Origin: Bacteroidota bacterium
GTDB taxonomy: Bacteria; Bacteroidota; Bacteroidia; Bacteroidales; UBA7960
DNA length: 64,000 nucleotides
Assembly: GCA_037441525.1 (NCBI GenBank)
Contig: JBBISA010000011.1
Span: forward strand, 11,502 to 75,501
Direction: 5' to 3'
The notes under the pieces are model-generated. The model was not told the DNA's origin. It did not search any database and saw only the letters and a program-made list of their open reading frames with translations. The translations under genes and the position numbers were made by a program. Below are positions 1 through 9,803 of this stretch, one piece after another; positions within the stretch are counted from its first letter, which is position 1, and each line of letters opens with the position of its first letter.

Positions 1-1796
1 AGCTGACTAATTAATTTACCCTGAGTGCCTTCTTCCTTTTCATCGAGGATGCGTGTGGCGATGGCATGGTTTACATTCACCACAAGGTTGTATGAATCGG
101 GTAAGCTGCCCATGTAGCTCATGCCACCGCCAAGGGCTGACATATCCTTCATGCGGCGCATAAATTCGGGTTGAGTAATCAGAATGGGCTGATCGGTTTC
201 GCTCATGTTTTCAAAAGTAACATGGAACGATTTGTTTTCGAGTTGCTTTTCTATAAGCTCTTTGAGTTTGTTTTTTTGATCGTCAGACAATTTGGAAGGC
301 AGTTCATCGTCTTTTTTGATGAGCTTTTCAGGTACATCAGCATCAACCCTGGTAAAACTTACTTTTTCGAGGGTACTTTCGAGCATATTGATGAAATGAC
401 TGTCGATGGGGCTGTCCATCACCAGAATGTCATATCCTCTTTCTTTGGCGGCATCAATAAAACTATGTTGTTCTTCCTGGTTCGATGCGTAAATATGCAC
501 CAGCTTATCATCCTTATCGGTTTGCTGCCCTTTAACGTGGCTGGCGTATTCCTCGAAAGTGAAATATTTGCTGTCAACATTTTTCAGCAGGCAGAATTTG
601 CGGGCTCTTTCCTTAAATTTCTCATCGGTGATCATTCCATACTGGATGAAGATGCGGATATCGTCCCATTTTTTTTCAAAGTCTTCGCGATTAGCCTTGA
701 AGAGCTCTTCGAGCTTGTCGGCAACTTTTTTGGTGATGTGGCCGCTGATTTTTTTCACATTGCCATCACTTTGCAGGAAGCTGCGCGATACATTGAGGGG
801 AATGTCGGGTGAATCGAGCACCCCGTGGAGCAATGTCAAAAAGTCAGGTACTATTCCTTCTACCGAATCTGTAACAAACACCTGGTTGCAGTAGAGCTGT
901 ATCTTGTCGCGCTGCACTTCGAAATTCTGCTTCACCTTGGGGAAATAGAGTATGCCCGTAAGGTTGAAGGGGTAGTCAACATTCAGGTGTATGTTGAAAA
1001 GCGGCTGCTCGAAGGTCATGGGATAGAGTTCACGATAGAAGCTTTTGTAGTCTTCATCCTTAAGGTCGATGGGTTTCTGAGTCCAGGCAGGTTTTGTATT
1101 GTTTATCTGACGCGGCTTTTCGGTAACCACTTCCTTATCTTCCCCTTTTTCGTCTTTTTCGGTGTTGTAATCCTTTTCGACACCAAAAATAATGGGGATG
1201 GGCAGGAATTTACAATATTTTTTCAGCAGATTAAGGATGCGGTACTCTTCCAGAAATTCAAGAGAGTCATCGGCAATGTGCAGCACCACATCGGTACCAC
1301 GCTCCTGCTTTTCGGTTTCGGTGAGCTGGAATTCGGGATTGCCTTCACATTCCCATTTCACTGCCTGCGCCCCTTGCTGCCATGATTGGGTAATGATCTC
1401 TACCTTGCGCGCTACCATAAAAGATGAATAGAAACCAAGTCCGAAATGACCTATGATGCCATTGGTTTCGCCGGCACTCTTCACCTTATCTATCCACTCT
1501 TCGGCGCTTGAGAAAGCGATCTGGTTGATGTATTTTTCAACCTCATCGGCGGTCATTCCAATCCCTTTATCGCTGATGGTAAGGGTCTTTGCATTAGCAT
1601 CAAGCTTCACAACAATATTAATATCTCCTATGTCGCCCTTAAACTCTCCCATGGAAGCCAGGGTTTTCAGTTTCTGGGTGGCATCGGTGGCATTGGAAAC
1701 CAGCTCGCGCAGAAATATTTCGTGATCTGAATAAAGGAACTTTTTAATAATAGGAAAAATGTTCTCGGTCTGAACGTTAATCTTACCTTTTCGCAT
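1..1796 (-). CDS. htpG: Molecular chaperone HtpG (Hsp90), 3' end truncated by the window edge
   Basis: Manual translation from ATG at 1796 gives MRKGKINVQTENIFPIIKKFLYSDHEIFLRELVSNATDATQKL, with GHFGLGFYSSF further on. These are Hsp90 N-domain signatures. The ORF track lacks it because the stop lies outside the window. Confidence 0.97.
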   Translation of the reverse strand, partial: MRKGKINVQTENIFPIIKKFLYSDHEIFLRELVSNATDATQKLKTLASMGEFKGDIGDINIVVKLDANAKTLTISDKGIGMTADEVEKYINQIAFSSAEEWIDKVKSAGETNGIIGHFGLGFYSSFMVARKVEIITQSWQQGAQAVKWECEGNPEFQLTETEKQERGTDVVLHIADDSLEFLEEYRILNLLKKYCKFLPIPIIFGVEKDYNTEKDEKGEDKEVVTEKPRQINNTKPAWTQKPIDLKDEDYKSFYRELYPMTFEQPLFNIHLNVDYPFNLTGILYFPKVKQNFEVQRDKIQLYCNQVFVTDSVEGIVPDFLTLLHGVLDSPDIPLNVSRSFLQSDGNVKKISGHITKKVADKLEELFKANREDFEKKWDDIRIFIQYGMITDEKFKERARKFCLLKNVDSKYFTFEEYASHVKGQQTDKDDKLVHIYASNQEEQHSFIDAAKERGYDILVMDSPIDSHFINMLESTLEKVSFTRVDADVPEKLIKKDDELPSKLSDDQKNKLKELIEKQLENKSFHVTFENMSETDQPILITQPEFMRRMKDMSALGGGMSYMGSLPDSYNLVVNVNHAIATRILDEKEEGTQGKLISQ

Positions 1797-1844
1797 GGCT
1801 TATTAAGGATTTGTATTTGACTTTACATTATCGAGGTGAGCCAG

Positions 1845-1859
1845 TCAAAGTGTGTGCCA
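1845..1859 (-). promoter_or_regulatory. Sigma54-like -24/-12 element upstream of htpG
   Basis: Minus strand reads TGGCACACACTTTGA versus the consensus TGGCAC-N5-TTGC, about 50 nt upstream of the htpG start. Confidence 0.5.
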
Positions 1860-1995
1860 CCCGATGACGACTGACATTTTGACCCTAAAGGAGTATAAAA
1901 CTTCTGACCCTTTACCAGGTATTAGTGCGCTAAACGGGGACTCACTGCGACTGGATAAATTAGTTTCATAATCACACTGCGAGCAAATTAAAGGA

Positions 1996-4566
1996 TTATT
2001 CCATCCATATTTCCTGTAATTCAAAATCTACTTTGCTGTTCTCATTTGTTGGGTTTGGCATCAGGGTTACCTGAATAGTTTCTAGATCTTCAGCCATCAA
2101 AGCCCGATGGTTGCTTATACCTGAGAACCAAGGTTTAAATTCGGGATAAGGCCTGGGGATCATGGCAAATTTACCCTCGACAAAGTCTTTTAACGCAATC
2201 CGGTAAACATCCTGCCTGTTTGTGATGGTTATGCTGCCTGTGTATGCATTGGCATTTTTATCAATCAGGCTAATTTGCAGGTTTACATTATTGCTATGGT
2301 TACTTTTCCCTTTTACAACAAGAAAATTTTTCTGGTTAAGTTCGGAAAGCCTTCCTTTTACCTGATCTCGGAAGAAATACCTGAATGAATAAATCTGGGT
2401 GTTTCCGGTGCCATCCTGGCTGGCAGGAACCGAATCAAGGTTGAAATTCAATACTCCTTTCCCCACTTCGGCAAGGGGTCGCAGCTGAATTCCTCTAACC
2501 CAGGGCCGGAGGGTTTCATCATTATTTTGCCATGCACACCATATTGGGACCGACTCTGAAGATGGCACAAAGTGCAACTGAAAGGAGGAATGGTCATAAA
2601 AATCCCAGTCGCCGGGTCTTCCTTTCTTTGCGGCAGGGAAACTCATCCAATAGCTCTCAAATTTAACCATTATGTAATAATGCAAAATAGCATGCTTAGC
2701 GACACCAGGTTTTACCAGTACCTGAAACCTGTCGTTTCCGGTATAAGCAGCTTCTTGTTGCCAGCTTCCCTGCTCACCCCAAAAGGCAACAAAAACTGAC
2801 TCTGGCTTCTGGGGGCTTATAATCTCAAATCTGATTACCGCTTCATGGCCAGCAGTATGCTTTTCAGGAGTAAGATTTTTAATCATAATAACCTTCAGAT
2901 CGGCCCTGGGAGCCACGTATTCGTTCAACTTCATATTTTTAAAAGAGAAATCCTCTTTTACAATGGTATTATTTCCTTTAGGTCTTAACAGGTAAACACC
3001 AGGCCTTATTTCAAAGGCCCCTGCCCTGGCGATTGTCGACCATGAGTTCCCTACATTCATGGGGCTAATGCTAAAATCACTGCCTAATCCGGGGAGTTCT
3101 ATTCTCATAGCCCTGTTTCTGTAATTTACAGCAGCTACCTGCCGTTGCGCACTGGTTCTGGCATAAGGGTCATCAACCCAGTATGCATCGGGCATCACTT
3201 CCAGACGCCAGACACCATTTTGGAGCTTATCCAGAAAGTAAGCCCCTCTCCCGTCATAATGCACAAGGGGAGAACTGCCATAGCCGGCAATTTCGCTTAC
3301 GTTCTGAACATTCGCGGGCTTTGAATTGGTGTGATTTGAATAAAAAAACTGCTTATTGGAAATAAGCTCTACAAGATTATTCTCATAGTCAATTCTGAAA
3401 TTTCCAAACTGATTGTTTTGGGGAAACTTGCCAAAGTGGGCATACCGGGGTATTTGTTGAAATATGGCAGAAGCAATTTTAAGGCTCAAAGCCTTTTGAG
3501 GAGCATAGGGCAGACTCATGTAGTGAGTGCCATAGTTGGTATTGTAAGGAGCAAGAAACATGGCATCGTAATCGAAATGGGTAGCTATCTGCATGCCCAC
3601 CTCACGGAAACTTCTGGCCATTGCAGGATACATATAGTTACCGCCTACATCGGCTGCATCAAATTCATAAACAATTTTAGCCTTATTTCTGAAATCGGCA
3701 TCGTCAGCAAATGGGATAAAATATTCGCTTACATGAGGCAGAAAGTTGCCGTTGATCTGCCGTCGCGCTACCAATCCGGTGGGGTACCATTGAAAGGTAC
3801 CACCCTGCACATCAGCTTCCAGGTATGCCCGGTAAAGATGGATACTGTGGGTCATATTGTAAAATATAGGGGTAGTTGTGCCGGTTCTGCGCATTGAAGC
3901 AATCATCCGGTTGATGAATGTAACCACTTCGGCAACTGTTCCCGGATGATGTGGTTCGTTGCTGACTTCAAATGCAATCACATCAGAATCATTTTTGTAA
4001 GCTATTCCCGTGTAGGGATTTACATGATTAAGGAACTGGTAAAGATAGTTTTCCTGTGCGCGGATGGCATCGGGATGGGTAAGGCAGGCAGCTTTCCCAT
4101 ATTTATGGGCAAAACCAGGGGTATCAAAGTCGGGTTCGGGCCAACCATTGCCCCAAAAGGCGATTGGGGTGATCACGTATTTCATCCCTCTTTTTTTCAT
4201 TTCACTTATGGTGAAGTCGAACAGCCTCAGATGCTCATTTTGCAAAAGATTGCCCAGCGTGTCTGAAATTTCGGTATCCCAAACATGAACCCTGTAAAGA
4301 TTGAAATCGAGCCGGGCAAAATGGTAAATGTCCTGCCTGATAGCTTCTTCATGCGAAATACCCAGTCTCTGGGCCATGCGGAATGCATGGGCAAAAGGGG
4401 TGGAATAGTTAACCCCAAACCCATGTATCTCGCTGTTATCAGCGCCCCACCTTAATACTCCGGAACCATCGACATAGGATTTGTTTTCAGTAGGCTGTTG
4501 AGGGTAAATGTAACCCCCTGTAGCCAGAATTAAAATGGTTGTTATGGTAAAACTGAAATTTCGCAT
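1996..4566 (-). CDS. Secreted clan GH-A (GH5-like) glycoside hydrolase with extra C-terminal beta domains
   Basis: 856 aa with an N-terminal signal. TIM-barrel motifs GVNY, YRVH, HVNPYTG, acid/base FEVSNEP and candidate nucleophile VYEFD. Confidence 0.75.
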   Translation of the reverse strand: MRNFSFTITTILILATGGYIYPQQPTENKSYVDGSGVLRWGADNSEIHGFGVNYSTPFAHAFRMAQRLGISHEEAIRQDIYHFARLDFNLYRVHVWDTEISDTLGNLLQNEHLRLFDFTISEMKKRGMKYVITPIAFWGNGWPEPDFDTPGFAHKYGKAACLTHPDAIRAQENYLYQFLNHVNPYTGIAYKNDSDVIAFEVSNEPHHPGTVAEVVTFINRMIASMRRTGTTTPIFYNMTHSIHLYRAYLEADVQGGTFQWYPTGLVARRQINGNFLPHVSEYFIPFADDADFRNKAKIVYEFDAADVGGNYMYPAMARSFREVGMQIATHFDYDAMFLAPYNTNYGTHYMSLPYAPQKALSLKIASAIFQQIPRYAHFGKFPQNNQFGNFRIDYENNLVELISNKQFFYSNHTNSKPANVQNVSEIAGYGSSPLVHYDGRGAYFLDKLQNGVWRLEVMPDAYWVDDPYARTSAQRQVAAVNYRNRAMRIELPGLGSDFSISPMNVGNSWSTIARAGAFEIRPGVYLLRPKGNNTIVKEDFSFKNMKLNEYVAPRADLKVIMIKNLTPEKHTAGHEAVIRFEIISPQKPESVFVAFWGEQGSWQQEAAYTGNDRFQVLVKPGVAKHAILHYYIMVKFESYWMSFPAAKKGRPGDWDFYDHSSFQLHFVPSSESVPIWCAWQNNDETLRPWVRGIQLRPLAEVGKGVLNFNLDSVPASQDGTGNTQIYSFRYFFRDQVKGRLSELNQKNFLVVKGKSNHSNNVNLQISLIDKNANAYTGSITITNRQDVYRIALKDFVEGKFAMIPRPYPEFKPWFSGISNHRALMAEDLETIQVTLMPNPTNENSKVDFELQEIWME

Positions 4567-4709
4567 GGTAGTAAAGATTTATGAAACAGTTGCTTCTGAA
4601 ACCCAATTGCAATGCTAAGGTAGTTATAAAAAACAGGCAGGCTCACCAAACCTGATTGACTTCCCACTGAAAGTTTAGTTTTGCAGGTGAAATCCTGAGC
4701 AGTTTTTTA

Positions 4710-4717
4710 TACCTTTG
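4710..4717 (+). promoter_or_regulatory. Bacteroidota sigmaA -7 promoter element for tkt
   Basis: TACCTTTG matches TAnnTTTG, about 55 nt before the start codon. Confidence 0.55.
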
Positions 4718-4773
4718 CGTTATAAATACGCTAAGGTAGGCATTCAATCATTAATATCCACATAATCAACAGT

Positions 4774-6801
4774 ATGACAAACGTAATTAATCGCTCAGCC
4801 GACAATATCCGTATCCTTTCGGCAGCAATGGTAGAAAAGGCCAAGTCAGGCCATCCAGGAGGCGCCATGGGCGGTGCCGATTTTGTAAATATCCTGTTTT
4901 CGGAGTTTTTGAATTACGACCCCGACAATGGTAAATGGCAAAACCGCGACCGGTTTTTCCTTGATCCCGGTCACATGTCGCCCATGTTGTATTCCATTCT
5001 TTGCATGGTTGGTTACTATAACATGGATGATCTTAAAAATTTCAGGCAATGGGGAAGCATAACTCCCGGCCACCCCGAAGCAAATCATGAAAAAGGGGTA
5101 GAAAATACTTCGGGGCCCCTTGGCATGGGACATACCAATGCCGTTGGAGCCGCAATAGCCGAACGCTTTTTGGTTGCCCGCTTTGGCGAAACCCACGCCC
5201 ATAAAACATACGCTTTTATTTCGGATGGCGGTATTCAGGAAGAAATAAGCCAGGGCGCAGGCCGTATTGCCGGTTACCTGGGACTGAGCAACCTGATTAT
5301 GTTCTATGATTCCAATGACATTCAGCTTTCTACCGAAACCAATGCCGTATCGCACGAAGATACGGCAATGAAATACCGCTCATGGAACTGGAATGTGATG
5401 ACCATTGATGGCAACAACCCAGAAGCCATCAGGCAGGCACTGAAACAGGCCAACCAGGAAAAAGACAGGCCCACTCTGATTATCGGGAAAACCATTATGG
5501 GCAAGGGAGCTGTGAAAGATGACGGCAGTTCCTACGAAAGACAGACATCCACCCACGGAATGCCTTTGTCGGAGGCAGGTGCATCCTTCGAAAAATCCAT
5601 TGCGAATCTTGGTGGTGATTCTGCCAATCCTTTCGTGGTCTTCGATGATGTGAAGGAATTCTGGAAAGATGTGAACGAGAAGAAAAGACAGATCGTTAAA
5701 GAAAGTAAGGATCGCGAAAATAAATGGGCTGCAGCTAACCCTGAACTTTCTGCAAAACTAAAGGGGTTCCTTGAAGGCAAACTCCCCCAAATTGATTATT
5801 CGGCTATTGCCCACAAGCCCAGCATTGCTACCCGCGCTGCCTCAGGCAATGTGCTTGCTTACCTGGCCGACAAGGTTGAAAACATGATTGTTTCGTCAGC
5901 CGACCTCTCCAACAGCGACAAAACCGACTCCTTCCTGAAGAAAACAAAACAGTTTGTAAAAGGCGATTTCACCGGCTCATTCCTGCAGGCTGGGGTTTCG
6001 GAATTAACCATGGGAGCCATTGCCAACGGTATGGCGCTACATGGGGGAGTTATACCGGTGTGTGCCACATTCTTCGTGTTTTCCGATTATATGAAACCTG
6101 CCGTCCGCTTAGCTGCCCTTATGGAGTTACAGGTAATATATGTGTGGACCCATGATGCCTTCCGGGTGGGCGAAGACGGTCCAACCCACCAGCCTGTGGA
6201 GCAGGAAGCACAAATTAGATTGCTCGAGAAACTGAAAAACCACAGCAAAGTCAGGAGTTTTCTTGTTCTTCGCCCTGCCGATGCTGCCGAAACCACCGTT
6301 GCCTGGGAAATGGCCCTCGAAAACAAACATACACCCACTGCGTTGCTGCTTTCGCGACAGAACATCCCCGATATTGCCCGCCCAAACAGGGTGCAGGAAG
6401 CCGCCGGAGCCACAAAAGGGGGTTACATTGTACTCGCACCTGAAGGCAAACCCGATGTGGTGCTTGTGGGTAATGGTTCAGAAGTTTCAACCCTTTACCA
6501 TGGAGCCCAGATGCTTAAGGATAAAAAAGGGCTGAAAGTGCAGGTATCGTCAATTATCTCAGAAGGACTTTTCCGCGAGCAGGATGCCAGTTACCAGGAG
6601 AAAGTGCTCCCGACAGGTGTTCCCACCGTGGGCCTCACAGCCGGTTTGCCTGTTACCCTTGCCGGACTGGCCGGCACCAATAGCTGCATTATCGGTCTTG
6701 ACAGCTTTGGCTATTCTGCCCCAGCTGGCGTTCTCGATCAAAAACTGGGATATACCCCTGAAAATGTTTACAAGGTAACAACAGAATTTCTTGTCAAATA
6801 A
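4774..6801 (+). CDS. tkt: Transketolase
   Basis: SGHPGG, RDRFFLDPGH, TPGHPE, the TPP motif SDGGIQE..YDSN and THDAFRVGEDGPTHQP; 675 aa. Confidence 0.97.
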   Translation: MTNVINRSADNIRILSAAMVEKAKSGHPGGAMGGADFVNILFSEFLNYDPDNGKWQNRDRFFLDPGHMSPMLYSILCMVGYYNMDDLKNFRQWGSITPGHPEANHEKGVENTSGPLGMGHTNAVGAAIAERFLVARFGETHAHKTYAFISDGGIQEEISQGAGRIAGYLGLSNLIMFYDSNDIQLSTETNAVSHEDTAMKYRSWNWNVMTIDGNNPEAIRQALKQANQEKDRPTLIIGKTIMGKGAVKDDGSSYERQTSTHGMPLSEAGASFEKSIANLGGDSANPFVVFDDVKEFWKDVNEKKRQIVKESKDRENKWAAANPELSAKLKGFLEGKLPQIDYSAIAHKPSIATRAASGNVLAYLADKVENMIVSSADLSNSDKTDSFLKKTKQFVKGDFTGSFLQAGVSELTMGAIANGMALHGGVIPVCATFFVFSDYMKPAVRLAALMELQVIYVWTHDAFRVGEDGPTHQPVEQEAQIRLLEKLKNHSKVRSFLVLRPADAAETTVAWEMALENKHTPTALLLSRQNIPDIARPNRVQEAAGATKGGYIVLAPEGKPDVVLVGNGSEVSTLYHGAQMLKDKKGLKVQVSSIISEGLFREQDASYQEKVLPTGVPTVGLTAGLPVTLAGLAGTNSCIIGLDSFGYSAPAGVLDQKLGYTPENVYKVTTEFLVK

Positions 6802-6822
6802 TTGTCAAGAACGTATTTCTTC

Positions 6823-6854
6823 AAGCCCTTCTGCAGTCAGAAGGGCTTTTTTTT
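6823..6854 (+). terminator. Rho-independent terminator of tkt
   Basis: AAGCCCTTCTG-cagt-CAGAAGGGCTT followed by a T run. Confidence 0.9.
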
Positions 6855-7314
6855 GGGGGGTATGCAAATCATTTTAACTCCCTTGGTTTCTTTAATTAAA
6901 AAGCTTGGAACATATCTATTCGATGTTCAAAAATTACAGAGTTTCGATAACCTTAATTCATCCTTGTTTCGGTATATTTTCTTTTTGAAGGCATAGAGAT
7001 GGATTTTTAATCAGGGATGTGAAGATTCTATATTGATCTATAGTTGATGGATATAATGAAAACATGATTATCCGCAAATTTGCCACTACAGAAGTGACAA
7101 TATGGTATCAATATCAGCATAGCATCCTGAAAGGACACCTTATTTAGGCACAAAGGCAGCGCCTTGGGTAAAATCCGAAAGAACTCTGGTGGCTGGTAAG
7201 GGCAGCTTGGCGCAACAAATGGTTGAGAGGGTAGAGACGATGAAGAAGGTCTATTGGTTGCCAGGTGCCAGGACTTTCCATCTTTCGCAAAAAATGGAAA
7301 CGTCCGGCTTACAT

Positions 7315-7359
7315 AAAAAAAGGCCTTCCCGTTGCGCATTGCGCAACGGGAAGGCCTTT
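7315..7359 (-). terminator. Terminator of the multi-CBM gene (long perfect inverted repeat)
   Basis: AGGCCTTCCCGTTGCGCA-t-TGCGCAACGGGAAGGCCT, with an A run at 7315-7321 that gives a U tail on the minus strand. Confidence 0.85.
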
Positions 7360-7392
7360 CGATTTATTCCCTAAATATTATACTGACAGATA

Positions 7393-9477
7393 TTAGCGAT
7401 TGATGATTACTCTTTCAACAGCAACACCTTTTTCAGTCATTACCTGGATAAAATAGATACCTCTGTCGAAACCGCCAACAGCAATCTGAGCTCTGTCAGA
7501 ACCTACTCTCTGGGCATGAACAACCTGACCCATAGCATTGATAACTCTCAGTTCTCTAATTTGGTTTTCAGAAACTACATTAACATAGTCGCGGGCGGGG
7601 TTGGGATATACACCAAGATTGTTGGAAATTACATCACGAACACTTAATACTTCGTCGTTGAACCATTTATTAAGTGAATTGGCTAAACCGGTGATGGTAA
7701 GTTCCCTGTTGGGGCCACCGTTTGGAAATTCGTGCTTATCATTGTTCCATGAACCATTAATTCTGAATTTGAATTCCAATTTGGTGCCATCTACAAGTTT
7801 GTCCAATTTAATGGTATAGGTATGGTCAGGATCGCCTACAGGAGTTAATCTGTAAGCTTCGCCACCACTCCAATCATTGAAATTACCGGCAACATCTACA
7901 AAATCGGTAGCAGGGTTGAATTTGCCTAAAGAAGCCCAATAGCCCATTTTTACGCTAAGCACAGCGGTGGGGGTAGTGGCTGCAACGGCCAGGTCAGCAT
8001 CGGCAACAAGCAATACGTTGTCAATATAAACCGTTGTTGGACTTGCTAAACCACCCAGCATAAATTGAACTTTCTGGTCGGTAGTAGCGATGATTTGGTC
8101 AAAAATTACATCGAATTTATAAGTAGCGGGTTCTGTGGTGACGGGGAAGGTCCAGTCAGAACGTCCATTTCCGCTTCGTGAGTCATTTGTTCTACCATAA
8201 CGATTGTAGTTGTTTCCTGCTGTATCTTCAAAGTCAACATTGAAACTGCGTCCTTCAGAAGCCCAGGCTACAAACTGGAAAGTATATGGAATGTCCTTTT
8301 TAGCTTGCAAATTGTTTTGGCTAAATTGGTATCTCCAAGTATCTCCAGAAGCAACAGGAGTATGCACTGAAACACCATCAACAACGGTATGAGATGGAGA
8401 AGCATCGGTCCAGCCGCTCCAGAAGCGACCACCACCTCCTATTACTTCGTCGAATAGCCCGTTACGAATAAGATTCATTTCCCACACTGTTGCGACCTGT
8501 CCGCTAATCTTGATAGTGATTTCGTCAAATGCACCACCATTATCAGCAGCATCAGCAACCACGGTAACCATACCGTCAGCTACAGCGGTTAGCAATCCGT
8601 CGTTAGAAATTCTTGCTATACCGGTGCTTCCTTCTTTGATAGACCATTTAGCAGTTTTAAGGGTTGCATCCTCTGGAACTACTTCAAGTGATAATTGCAA
8701 GGTACCATTATCTTCGGTTACAAAGCGTCCTCCTTTGATTTTAAGTTCATCTACATAAACAGTTCCTCCAAAACCTTCAAACGTCACCAATCCAATTTCA
8801 TCCATGGTATTCCATGATTCGTTCCCGGGTGGTGTCCCTATGTTAGCCCAAACGGCACGTTTTCTGGCTGCATCGCCAGGGTCGCGGTCAATAACTGTAA
8901 CGTCAAAGCCGATTTTTTCTCCTCTATCAACAATATTACCATCTTTGTCTTTCAATGTAGCATAAGGAATGAACATTTCAAGGGTATAATCCGGGTCATT
9001 CACTTTAAATGCCCAAATTGAATTATCACTGTCTGTAAAAGGGGTCCCATTGATGCGCGCCTGCACAGGTGTTGGAGCAAACTGATAGTGCCCGGTACTG
9101 CGGCCAGACATAGCACCTAAACCATCAACAAGTACATAGTTTACATCGAAATAGATTTCAGGACTATCATATTCCCAACGGTTACCGGATACCGCGTAAC
9201 TGGGGAGCCAATGATTATCCTTAACTGTAACAAAAACATACACACCATTGTCATCCCAAAGCATACGCCATGTACTTTCGCCAGGCGCACCAATTGAAGG
9301 AACCTCGGTTCTGAAAGGTTTGTCAATGTTATAAACGTGGGCGGTCTCCCAAATCTCATCGAGCACACCATCGATAACAGGAGCAACACGGGTTTTAGCA
9401 ATAAGACCCTCAGGTTGCTGAGCGAAGGTTACTGTAACGAACAGGGCCATAGTTAAAAAAGTAATAACTTTTCTCAT
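7393..9477 (-). CDS. T9SS-secreted non-catalytic carbohydrate-binding protein (CBM9-like, Ig-like, CBM4/9-like, CBM20/48-like, CTD)
   Basis: Signal peptide; APVIDGVLDEIW...MLWDDNGVYVFVTVKD...IGFDVTVID (CBM9_1-like); VVPEDATLKTAKWS (Big_2-like); NLIRNGLFD...VYIDNV (CBM4_9-like); VDVAGNFNDW...EFKFRING; C-terminal VYPNPA...GIYFIQV. Confidence 0.8.
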   Translation of the reverse strand: MRKVITFLTMALFVTVTFAQQPEGLIAKTRVAPVIDGVLDEIWETAHVYNIDKPFRTEVPSIGAPGESTWRMLWDDNGVYVFVTVKDNHWLPSYAVSGNRWEYDSPEIYFDVNYVLVDGLGAMSGRSTGHYQFAPTPVQARINGTPFTDSDNSIWAFKVNDPDYTLEMFIPYATLKDKDGNIVDRGEKIGFDVTVIDRDPGDAARKRAVWANIGTPPGNESWNTMDEIGLVTFEGFGGTVYVDELKIKGGRFVTEDNGTLQLSLEVVPEDATLKTAKWSIKEGSTGIARISNDGLLTAVADGMVTVVADAADNGGAFDEITIKISGQVATVWEMNLIRNGLFDEVIGGGGRFWSGWTDASPSHTVVDGVSVHTPVASGDTWRYQFSQNNLQAKKDIPYTFQFVAWASEGRSFNVDFEDTAGNNYNRYGRTNDSRSGNGRSDWTFPVTTEPATYKFDVIFDQIIATTDQKVQFMLGGLASPTTVYIDNVLLVADADLAVAATTPTAVLSVKMGYWASLGKFNPATDFVDVAGNFNDWSGGEAYRLTPVGDPDHTYTIKLDKLVDGTKLEFKFRINGSWNNDKHEFPNGGPNRELTITGLANSLNKWFNDEVLSVRDVISNNLGVYPNPARDYVNVVSENQIRELRVINAMGQVVHAQRVGSDRAQIAVGGFDRGIYFIQVMTEKGVAVERVIINR

Positions 9478-9546
9478 AGTTCTGGTTTTTGATTAATAAT
9501 TAGTTTGATTTAGATTTTTAGATTGTAGTGTAAGTAGTACACGGTA

Positions 9547-9554
9547 CAAATATA
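9547..9554 (-). promoter_or_regulatory. -7 promoter element for the multi-CBM gene
   Basis: Minus strand TATATTTG (TAnnTTTG), about 70 nt upstream of the start. Confidence 0.55.
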
Positions 9555-9685
9555 TTTATTATTTTTATCATCCAACAATTAGGCTCAAAATATTTGCCAT
9601 GACCTTTTTAATTAATTTTTTAAAACTAATTTTCAGCAATTTACCATTAAAAAACTTATCTAAATTATGAAAATCACACCCCTTA

Positions 9686-9701
9686 TAACTGTTAACAGTT
9701 A
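9686..9701. promoter_or_regulatory. Perfect 16-bp palindrome, candidate operator in a divergent promoter region
   Basis: TAACTGTTAACAGTTA is its own reverse complement. Confidence 0.4.
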
Positions 9702-9771
9702 ATAATTGAACACAAATATGGTGTTTTTTGTACACTAACTCTTCTTAAAATTAACTTAACATAGAATTCTC

Positions 9772-9779
9772 TAACTTTG
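9772..9779 (+). promoter_or_regulatory. -7 promoter element for the CotH gene
   Basis: TAACTTTG, about 25 nt upstream of ATG 9804. Confidence 0.6.
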
Positions 9780-9803
9780 CAAACTATCAATTAAAAACGC
9801 ACG

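Noticed and set aside
171-1725. Plus-strand ORFs 171-812, 559-894, 825-1385, 1192-1431 and 1453-1725
   Set aside because: Antisense shadows of htpG, which occupies the minus strand; no recognisable motifs.
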